Shown here: positions 56,754-64,000 of the stretch, in pieces | How the letters are laid out: each line of letters begins with the position of its first letter | Numbering within the stretch: position 1 is the stretch's first letter | Assembly (NCBI GenBank): GCA_040767085.1 | Contig: JAXGPF010000015.1 | Coordinates: 1-64,000 of the forward strand | Reading direction: 5' to 3' | From: Kiritimatiellia bacterium | GTDB taxonomy: Bacteria > Verrucomicrobiota > Kiritimatiellia > JAAZAB01 | Length of the DNA stretch: 64,000 nucleotides | Position numbers and translations under genes: made by a program | Notes under the pieces: generated by a model | What the model was told of the DNA's origin: nothing | Databases searched by the model: none | The model's input: only the letters and a program-made list of their open reading frames with translations

Positions 56754-56936
56754 TCAATCGGCGTTGATGGTCAGAACCTGGCGTCCCCGGTAGTAGCCGC
56801 AGGCCGGGCAGACCCGGTGCGGCTGATGCGCGTCGCCGCAATTAGGACAAGGCTTGGGAGCGGGGAGCACGCTTTTATGCGCCCGTTTGCACATTCTTAC
56901 CTTGCTTTTCGACTTCCTGCGTTTTGGCATTGCCAT
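56754..56936 (-). CDS. rpmF: 50S ribosomal protein L32
   Basis: [10 protein letters not shown]...CPNCG...[11 protein letters not shown]; conserved position before plsX. Confidence 0.96.
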   Translation of the reverse strand: MAMPKRRKSKSKVRMCKRAHKSVLPAPKPCPNCGDAHQPHRVCPACGYYRGRQVLTINAD

Positions 56937-57471
56937 TGGATGTATCCTCCATACTGTCTTGTTTGCGGTCCGTCCGCGCGCCGCCGCCAGGTTTTAACGC
57001 TCCCGGGGAAATGCGTTCCAGCGCCGCCCATACGCCGCCGGTATCCGCGCGGCGCGGCCGGGTACAGCGGCAGGGCGCATGATTCAAATCGGCTCCGCAG
57101 CCGGGGCACAAGCCCCGGCAATCATTCCGGCAAAGCCAATTCGAAGGAAAGCTCAGCATCATATCTTCACGGATATCCGGGGTCAAGTCAATTGCGGTGT
57201 CATCGGCGGTCAATTGAAAAACGCGGGTAAAATCCGGGGCCGCCTGGCGCCGGTGAAACCAGGCCCCGCAACGCGCGCAGAGGCACTCCAGGTCCAGCGT
57301 CAGGCGGCCGCGCACCAGCAATTCATCGCCCAGGCATTCGGCGCGCAAGTCGTAATGCAGCGCGGGGCCGGGCCGGATAAACGGAATCGTCTCCAATTCC
57401 AGGTCCAGCGCGTCAATTTCGCCGCGCAATTGCTGCGGGCGTTTGCGCAGGGCTGCGGGCTCAAGCATCAT
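56875..57471 (-). CDS. YceD/DUF177 family protein
   Basis: [13 protein letters not shown] and [18 protein letters not shown] motifs; upstream of rpmF. Confidence 0.85.
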   Translation of the reverse strand: MMLEPAALRKRPQQLRGEIDALDLELETIPFIRPGPALHYDLRAECLGDELLVRGRLTLDLECLCARCGAWFHRRQAAPDFTRVFQLTADDTAIDLTPDIREDMMLSFPSNWLCRNDCRGLCPGCGADLNHAPCRCTRPRRADTGGVWAALERISPGALKPGGGARTDRKQDSMEDTSNGNAKTQEVEKQGKNVQTGA

Positions 57472-57946
57472 GGAACTTCCGTTGCAGGGCGGTTTGCACA
57501 AAATCCGGCACAAACAGGCTGGTGTCGCCGCCCAGGGCCGCGACTTCACGCACCGTGCTGGAACTGACATAGCTGTAGGTTTCCGCCGGCATTAAAAAGA
57601 TGGTTTCGATATCCGGCGCCAGCTTGCGGTTGGTCAAGGCCATCTGGAATTCGTATTCGAAATCGGAGAAGGCCCGCACGCCGCGGATCACCGCGCGCGC
57701 GCCGCGGCGGCGGGCGTAATCCATCAGCAGTCCCTCGAACGGTTCGACTTCCAGCGCGGGCATTTCCGGCAGCAGCTCGCGCGCCATGGCGACTCGCTCG
57801 GCGACGCTGAAAAGGGGGCTTTTGTGGGTGCCGGCGGAAACCGCCATCACTACGCGCTCGAACAAACGCAACGCACGGCGCAAAAGATCCAAATGGCCCA
57901 GGGTCAAGGGATCGAACGTTCCCGGATATATAGCCAACCCGCGCAA
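57461..57946 (-). CDS. coaD: Pantetheine-phosphate adenylyltransferase
   Basis: IYPGTFDPLTLGHLD, IRGVRAFSDFEYE and SSSTVRE motifs. Confidence 0.96.
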   Translation of the reverse strand: MRGLAIYPGTFDPLTLGHLDLLRRALRLFERVVMAVSAGTHKSPLFSVAERVAMARELLPEMPALEVEPFEGLLMDYARRRGARAVIRGVRAFSDFEYEFQMALTNRKLAPDIETIFLMPAETYSYVSSSTVREVAALGGDTSLFVPDFVQTALQRKFHDA

Positions 57947-57950
57947 ACTC

Positions 57951-58526
57951 TCACTCCCCGGCGCCGGCGCGCCGATATATGCAAATACGCGTCTCGCCGT
58001 AACAGCGATCGCGCATCAAGCTCCAATCCGGAGACCCTACCGGCTCCAGCCCGCGCGCTTGTTCCAATACCAGCCAAGCGTTGGAGTCCAGCATACCCCC
58101 TTGCGCCAGCGCTGGCAAGAGTTTTTTAACGCTGGCGCCGCTCCGATCATACGGCGGATCGGCCAAAACCAGGTCGAACATCATGGCGCCCCGCCCCGGG
58201 CGGCCGGCCAGAAAACGCAGGACGTCATCGCAGACACAGACGGCGCCGGGGCCGCCGCCGGTCAACGCTTCAACATTCCTCCGCAGATTGGCGTAAATCA
58301 GCCGGTCACGTTCCACCCACACCACCAGCGATGCGCCCCGGCTCCAGGCTTCCAATCCCAGGGCGCCCGTGCCGGCGTAAAGGTCCAGCACGCGGGCGCG
58401 GTCCAGCCGCCCGATCAGCATGGAAAAGATCGCCGCGCGCACGCGGTCCTGGGTCGGACGCACCGGCCCGGCCGGCACCCGCAATTGCCGCCCGCGCGCG
58501 GCCCCTCCGGTAAGGCGTATCGGCAT
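57951..58526 (-). CDS. rsmD: 16S rRNA (guanine966-N2)-methyltransferase RsmD
   Basis: RPTQDRVRAAIFS, LDLYAGTGALGLEA, LADPPY and YGET motifs; adjacent to coaD. Confidence 0.92.
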   Translation of the reverse strand: MPIRLTGGAARGRQLRVPAGPVRPTQDRVRAAIFSMLIGRLDRARVLDLYAGTGALGLEAWSRGASLVVWVERDRLIYANLRRNVEALTGGGPGAVCVCDDVLRFLAGRPGRGAMMFDLVLADPPYDRSGASVKKLLPALAQGGMLDSNAWLVLEQARGLEPVGSPDWSLMRDRCYGETRICIYRRAGAGE

Positions 58527-58759
58527 AATTCCTGGTCTTTCCAGGGCGGGCAACGCCGCCCGGGCAAATTGTTAGAAGAGGGCGGTGCGATGGCCATGCA
58601 GCCGCTGCCGGAAAAATCTACACCGTTGACGGAGTGAAGTCAATACCCCTGCCGCCAGCCGCAGGCCTGGCCATCAAAAAGCGCGCAGCCCTTCGACAAA
58701 GTTCAGGGCAGGCATGCAGGCCCTTCCTCCGGATTGTCACAAATGCGAAATTTTGCAGC

Positions 58760-58812
58760 CTCTCTTCCCTCTGTCCTCTGCCCCTTTGGGCCTCTGCGCC
58801 TCTACCCCCTTC
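58760..58812. repeat. Degenerate 8-bp-period run (CCTCTG/CCTTTG core); reverse orientation of the GGNNCARA runs at 4025 and 7146
   Basis: Read directly: CCTCTGTCCTCTGCCCCTTTGGGCCTCTGCGCCTCTACCCCCT. Confidence 0.6.
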
Positions 58813-58854
58813 CTTGCGCGTCCAGCAGGCAAATAATATAAGCAGAAAATGATT

Positions 58855-58882
58855 TTGACAAACTCGCGTTCGGCTTTATACT
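58855..58882 (+). promoter_or_regulatory. Putative sigma-70 promoter of the protease gene
   Basis: TTGACA-N16-TATACT, 70 nt upstream of ATG 58952. Confidence 0.65.
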
Positions 58883-58951
58883 TCAACCAGAATCCATTAT
58901 GATGCCAGCGCCAGACGATGCCTGCAAATTAATCCCAAAACAGGGGGGAAA

Positions 58952-61135
58952 ATGAACCGCTTGAAATTTATCGCCGCCATGATTGCCTTGGTGTTTGCGA
59001 AAGCTGTTCCGGCAGTCGAACCCGAAAGCGCGCCACTGAACCCAGAGTTCATCCGTTACGTGGAGAAGCAGAAACAGGCGGCCTTCGACCTGTATTTGGC
59101 CGGCGCGGATAAAAATTACGGGCTCATACCGCTGCTGAATCCGATTCCACCAGCGCCGCCGGTTAAGGAGGAAACTGATCAGCACAAAACTTTTGCCGCT
59201 TATTACGACCTGCGCAATGCCGGCAAAATGACCCCTGTGCGCGACCAGGGCAACGAGGGCGCCTGCTGGGCCTTCGCCACCTTCGGTTCGATGGAATCCT
59301 GCCTGCTGACGGCGGAGACATGGGATTTTTCAGAAAACAACCTGGTCAATCTTTCCGGATTTGACTGGGGATTCAGCGCCGGAGGGAACATCGATATGTC
59401 TACCGCCTACCTGGCCCGCTGGAACGGCCCGGTCCGCGAAAGCGAAGACCCTTATCCGCGCCCGGGCCAAAGCGCCAGCCGGGCGCCGGTTAAACACACG
59501 CAGCGAGTTTATATTTTGCCGAAGCGGACCGGTTACACCGCCAATTCGCTGATCAAGCAGGCGATTTTGGACTATGGCGCGGTGTTTACGGTCATGAGTT
59601 CGCAGTCCGGTTGTCTTCAAGAAAGCACCGCCGGCTATTATTACAACGGCAATCAGGATTGCAATCACGCCGTTACTATCGCCGGCTGGGATGACAACTT
59701 CAGCCGCGACAATTTCCTGATCAAACCGCCCGGCAATGGCGCCTTCATTGTCAAGAACAGTTGGGGCAAGGGCTGGGGCAAAGCGGGCTATTTTTACATT
59801 TCATATTACGATACCAGGGTGGCCGAACATAGCGCCGTGGTGCCACGGGTGGAAGCCGTCAGCAATTATTCCCGCATCTACCAATACGATCCGCTGGGCG
59901 CGGTGCGCTGGTTCGGGTACGGCAACCAGACCTGCTGGGGCGCCAATATTTTTGCCGCCGCCGCCACGGAATCCCTGCGCGCTGTCAGTTTCCATACGCC
60001 GATTGCCAACTCGAAGGTTACGGTTTACATATACACCGGCTGCGCCGCCAACAGTCCACGGAGCGGTTCGCTCCGCACTACCCAGAGCGCCACGCTGGCC
60101 TATCGTGGTTATCATACTTTAAACTTGAATACTGCCGTCAACCTCGCGTCCGGACAGCGGTTTTCCGTGGTAATCAAGTTTGAGACGCCGGGATATAATT
60201 ATCCCCTGCCCTATGAATGCGCCATCAACGGGTACAGCAGCCGCGCTACTGCCAGCCCGGGACAGAGCTTTTACAGTTCCAACGGTTCTGCCTGGTCGGA
60301 TATGACCGGTTATGACCGCAGCGCCAACGTCTGCATCAAGGCTTTGACCGGCACGGGATCGCCCCCGCCCCCGCCGCCTCCCCCGCCGCCGCCCCCACCC
60401 CCGCCGCCTCCGCCCCCGCCAACGGCGGGCATACCCGTTCTGGCGGATTATGACGGCGACCGGCGCGCCGAACCGGCGCTGTACTGGACCGACGGTAAAT
60501 TCCGTTCCATCCTTTCCAGCCGCGGTTATGGCGCGCTCGGCGTCACCACTGGGTACAAAGGCGCCCAATACCAGCCCATGCCCGGCGATTTCGACGGCGA
60601 TGGCTTTGCCGATCCGGCCGTCTTGGACCGCTCCCGCCGGCAATACAGGTACTATTCGTCACGCAGAGGATACAAGGCCTATTACCTTAAACAAACGTGG
60701 TACTGGGCCGGCCTGCGCAACAGCGCCGGGGATGCGGATGGCGATGGATATGCCGACCTGGTTGGCTACGATCCTACTGAAAAAACATGGTATGTGCTGC
60801 TGAGCAGTTACAACTACGGGACTTACGCCTGGCTCGAATGGGGCGGAGCGAACTGGATACCATTCTGCGCGGACTATGACGGCGACCGCTTCGGCGATCT
60901 GATCGCCTATAACACGTCGGATAAGTACTGGTATATCCTTTTATCCACGCGCGGATATGCCAAGTACACCTACCGTTACTTCGGCTTCACTGGATTTACT
61001 CCGGTGGTAAGTGATTGTGACGGAGATGGCCGGGCTGACCTGGGTATGTACAACACCTCGACGGGGGTCTGGCGGGTTTTGCTGTCCAGCACCGGCTACC
61101 GGCAGTACGTCGCCGCTACCTGGCGCGGCAATTGA
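58952..61135 (+). CDS. Secreted papain-family (C1A) cysteine peptidase with lectin-like domain, poly-Pro linker and FG-GAP/VCBS-type repeats
   Basis: Signal peptide; RDQGNEGACWAF (catalytic Cys), NHAVTIAGWDD (His), KNSWG (Asn); 20 Pro; five DxDGD repeats. Confidence 0.9.
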   Translation: MNRLKFIAAMIALVFAKAVPAVEPESAPLNPEFIRYVEKQKQAAFDLYLAGADKNYGLIPLLNPIPPAPPVKEETDQHKTFAAYYDLRNAGKMTPVRDQGNEGACWAFATFGSMESCLLTAETWDFSENNLVNLSGFDWGFSAGGNIDMSTAYLARWNGPVRESEDPYPRPGQSASRAPVKHTQRVYILPKRTGYTANSLIKQAILDYGAVFTVMSSQSGCLQESTAGYYYNGNQDCNHAVTIAGWDDNFSRDNFLIKPPGNGAFIVKNSWGKGWGKAGYFYISYYDTRVAEHSAVVPRVEAVSNYSRIYQYDPLGAVRWFGYGNQTCWGANIFAAAATESLRAVSFHTPIANSKVTVYIYTGCAANSPRSGSLRTTQSATLAYRGYHTLNLNTAVNLASGQRFSVVIKFETPGYNYPLPYECAINGYSSRATASPGQSFYSSNGSAWSDMTGYDRSANVCIKALTGTGSPPPPPPPPPPPPPPPPPPPPTAGIPVLADYDGDRRAEPALYWTDGKFRSILSSRGYGALGVTTGYKGAQYQPMPGDFDGDGFADPAVLDRSRRQYRYYSSRRGYKAYYLKQTWYWAGLRNSAGDADGDGYADLVGYDPTEKTWYVLLSSYNYGTYAWLEWGGANWIPFCADYDGDRFGDLIAYNTSDKYWYILLSTRGYAKYTYRYFGFTGFTPVVSDCDGDGRADLGMYNTSTGVWRVLLSSTGYRQYVAATWRGN

Positions 61136-61161
61136 CGATAGGGGCGCCTGTGGCGAACAGC

Positions 61162-64000
61162 CTATTTGGGCAGCAAGTTAAGCGGATCACAGGCTGCTTT
61201 TTTGACAACGATAGAGTCATCCTGAAACTCCGTCGGGGCGCCGCCCTGCTCGACCTGGAGGCCGCTGACCCGCACGGCCGCGCCATCACCGGGCGTCATT
61301 AAGATTCTACGCGCGCCCAAATTCGATTTCCCGCCCGGCGGCAAATTAAAAGAATAATGGTACCGCTGCCATGTTTCCGTCAATTTAAAATTTTTCTTCG
61401 CGCTTTCAATCCCGACAGTCAAAGTGGCGCCCGGCTTTTCGCCGCGCGCATAAAGCGAGAAGGTCATTTCCACCGGCTTGTCGGAAGCCGGCGGATAAAA
61501 CACGCCAAAAGTTCCGCGCGTTTTGTATCCGCGCTCGGCAAATGGGCGCTTGAACATTCTTAAGGACGGATGGCCATTCCAAGTCACCTCCTTATCAACA
61601 AACCACGACGAGCCCTTCTGCCCGACCGCAGGTTCGGTGCTCAGGCAGAAATACGGCCGGAAGAAATCGGGAATGCCGGGATTGAACTGCCGTTCAAAGC
61701 AGGGGTTGGGGACATGATTTTTTCCCAGCATCAACTGCCGCACAATGCCGGCCACATCCACGGAATTGGCAATTTCATCCTTCACCGGAGTCATTTCCAG
61801 CGCCACTTGCACCGGAACGGACGAACGGGACAGTTTCATCCGATAGGCCCGCGTGCCGTAAGGCTCAATCTTGTCCTTAAACGCTTCACCATCCAACGCC
61901 AATATCCTTTGTGCCTTTGTGTCTTTGTGAGAGAATTCCGCATGTTTATCATCACAAAACATCCGCGCCGCGCGTTCCAGTCCGCCAACCTGGAACTTCG
62001 TATCCACCGCATGCGGCATGATATTAACCGCCAGCAGCAGGTAATCGCCGTCCGGATACTGGAACACCGCCGCGTTGACCATTGGAAATTTCTGTTCATC
62101 GGGCTGAAAATTATCAGGTGTATATTTTATTTTTTGTGCTACGTCGCCATTGACCAGCGCTGGCGACATTTCCTTGATTTGGGCGCTGATCGTGCGCAGG
62201 GCATCCCAGGGATCCGGCCCGACCACGCAACTCAAGGCAAAATAAAGCAACCCCCGCGAACCGTAAATGATAGCCGTCCAAGCCTGGCAGAGCATGCGGG
62301 ATTTATTCATGCCGATGGGAGTGCGCGACGTATCCTGCTGGCTGGCGATGGGCACGAACCACATGATCTTGTTATCCTGCCGGCAACGCTCGCGCAATTG
62401 CCATGCGTAATAAGCCGTGCTCAACCCGGGCTCAATTCTGATCCCGGCATCCGGCCTGAACAATTTCGGATAGATATCATATCCCAGGATATCACACCAA
62501 CGCGTCCAATCATCGCCGGGTGGAATATACGCTGAATACACCATGAGTTGCGGGCGATATGGATCCAAAGGCGTAATGGTGTTCCAATACCGTTCCGCAC
62601 CGGCAATTCTTTCCTCGGGGTTGACCAGATTAGGTTCATCCACGTTGTAATAGGCGACAAAATTTTTGTAATCGCGCAAAATCCTGGTGTCGGCAATAAT
62701 CTCCGGCTCTGCCGCATCATACTCCTTTTGCTGGATGGCCAGTCGCTCAGCCAAAGGCAAATCACAGGGTGGCGGCGGCCACATCCCGGGTTTCCAGCCG
62801 ATCGGATGCGGTTGGGGCGAGGTCCAGGTAATCACGTTTAATCCGTATTTTTCAGCCAGGTGCATGAAGGCAACCGTATTGGTGGCGCTTTTTGACCTGA
62901 TGATGGTATTCAGGCCGATATCCTCGGCCAGGAACCGGAATAATTCTTCATCATCCTCCTTGCTGCCATTGACGCCCAAACGGCGTTGGAGGGTATGCCC
63001 GTATAAACCAACCGGGAAAAAAGGCTGTCCATCCTTCAATACAATGCCTTTAATAAAATCCGCCTTGGTTTCAAACCCCGGCCGCGAATCCAATCGCACT
63101 ATGTTCACCGTTTGCTGGGCCAATTCATTTCCATCCATGAGAATGCTGATTTTGACCTCGTTAACCCCCTGCCCCAGTTTTGACAGAGGAATTGCCGGAG
63201 TGATCACCGGGCTCAAGCCATTCAATTCCACCATCATCGCGCCTGCCAGCTCCAGGCTCAACTTTGCCGTCCGCAGCATACTTTCCGGCAATCCCAATTC
63301 GACCCGGATATCAGCCGATTCTTCGGAAGTATAATAACTGCGGCCGGCGTAAACTCGTTTCAATACATTTAACGCCGAGGTATCGGCAATGGCAAACGAT
63401 GCCAGTCGATTGCCGTTCTGCGGATCTTCCAGCACAACGGTAATATTACGCTCCCGCCATGTCCCGACCGGCACCATTGGAAATAAATCCAAAACGCCGC
63501 TCAATGCTACCGGCTGCGTGTAAGTTGTGACAGCGCCCTGCCCGAAATTTTCGATGATTTTTAATTGCGCCGCACCGGTTTTTGGCGTTGCGGTTGCCAA
63601 GGTCAAAGCCAGGCAATAAAAATTCGTACCGGCGTCCCGCCGGACTCCAGTGATAGCCGCTTTTGGGATTATCGGCGCGAATGGGACCTCCGGCTTGAAT
63701 CCGCCAAGCCCGCGCAATTCAAAATAATTTCGAAAACTTTGAACGCTGCCCTTATGGCCCGGTTTCAAGACGTGATAAACGCGCTTTTCCTCCAGCACCG
63801 CCCCCATGTCATCCAGGCCGATTTCAACATAATTTCTTAAAATGTTTATCTGGGCGCTGCTCAAATCATCGCCATCCATGGAAATAAGGGGGATCGCCGC
63901 TTCCGCCGCCCAGCCATCAGCCTGCCGCGTGGTCACGGTGCGCCACAACGAATTCCAACCGGCATCGCGTCCGGATTCCGTACACAGCCTGTCCGCCCGG
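61162..64000 (-). CDS. Large hypothetical carbohydrate-active protein (sugar-binding-like modules around a GH-like core), 5' partial
   Basis: Frame stays open to the window end. DGWAAEAAIPL, DGQPFFPVGLY, YYNVDEP, YDIYP, AIIYGSRGLLYF and a CBM-like C-terminus (NPCFE...LTETWQRY...QVEQG). Confidence 0.6.
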   Translation of the reverse strand, partial: RADRLCTESGRDAGWNSLWRTVTTRQADGWAAEAAIPLISMDGDDLSSAQINILRNYVEIGLDDMGAVLEEKRVYHVLKPGHKGSVQSFRNYFELRGLGGFKPEVPFAPIIPKAAITGVRRDAGTNFYCLALTLATATPKTGAAQLKIIENFGQGAVTTYTQPVALSGVLDLFPMVPVGTWRERNITVVLEDPQNGNRLASFAIADTSALNVLKRVYAGRSYYTSEESADIRVELGLPESMLRTAKLSLELAGAMMVELNGLSPVITPAIPLSKLGQGVNEVKISILMDGNELAQQTVNIVRLDSRPGFETKADFIKGIVLKDGQPFFPVGLYGHTLQRRLGVNGSKEDDEELFRFLAEDIGLNTIIRSKSATNTVAFMHLAEKYGLNVITWTSPQPHPIGWKPGMWPPPPCDLPLAERLAIQQKEYDAAEPEIIADTRILRDYKNFVAYYNVDEPNLVNPEERIAGAERYWNTITPLDPYRPQLMVYSAYIPPGDDWTRWCDILGYDIYPKLFRPDAGIRIEPGLSTAYYAWQLRERCRQDNKIMWFVPIASQQDTSRTPIGMNKSRMLCQAWTAIIYGSRGLLYFALSCVVGPDPWDALRTISAQIKEMSPALVNGDVAQKIKYTPDNFQPDEQKFPMVNAAVFQYPDGDYLLLAVNIMPHAVDTKFQVGGLERAARMFCDDKHAEFSHKDTKAQRILALDGEAFKDKIEPYGTRAYRMKLSRSSVPVQVALEMTPVKDEIANSVDVAGIVRQLMLGKNHVPNPCFERQFNPGIPDFFRPYFCLSTEPAVGQKGSSWFVDKEVTWNGHPSLRMFKRPFAERGYKTRGTFGVFYPPASDKPVEMTFSLYARGEKPGATLTVGIESAKKNFKLTETWQRYHYSFNLPPGGKSNLGARRILMTPGDGAAVRVSGLQVEQGGAPTEFQDDSIVVKKAACDPLNLLPK

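Overview
A 64-kb, mostly high-GC bacterial window (by eye roughly 60-70% GC in core genes, clearly more AT-rich in the first ~2.5 kb and the last ~3 kb). The host is probably an anaerobe; a PVC-type (Kiritimatiellota/Lentisphaerae-like) origin is my inference from gene style only. The housekeeping backbone includes nfnAB-like and etfBA genes, tRNA-Leu(CAG), ybeY plus a PgpH-like HD protein, holA, grpE, three Hsp20 genes, larBC, glyQS, pilBC, a DnaQ-like exonuclease and rsmD-coaD-yceD-rpmF-plsX-fabH-fabD. Accessory genes include surface-glycan methyl- and glycosyltransferases, an ABC importer with a triple substrate-binding protein and an embedded STAS protein, a putative sugar/amino-sugar cluster, a secreted papain-family protease and a large carbohydrate-active-like protein cut by the window end. 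The most unusual signals are non-coding. (1) A telomere-like (MACCCTAA)x13 array fills the whole nfnA-nfnB spacer up to the ATG. (2) Modular 8/9-bp-period repeats flank the same operon, and one sits in frame inside a CDS. (3) A candidate ~125-nt multi-hairpin RNA lies behind a TTGACA promoter. (4) A 261-bp MITE family has three copies built from palindromic modules. (5) An IS1202-like element has a 16-bp target duplication that regenerates the holA RBS and ATG. (6) A sigma-54 promoter precedes the small-heat-shock-protein operon. No CRISPR array was found. All family calls come from motif recognition; no database searches were run.
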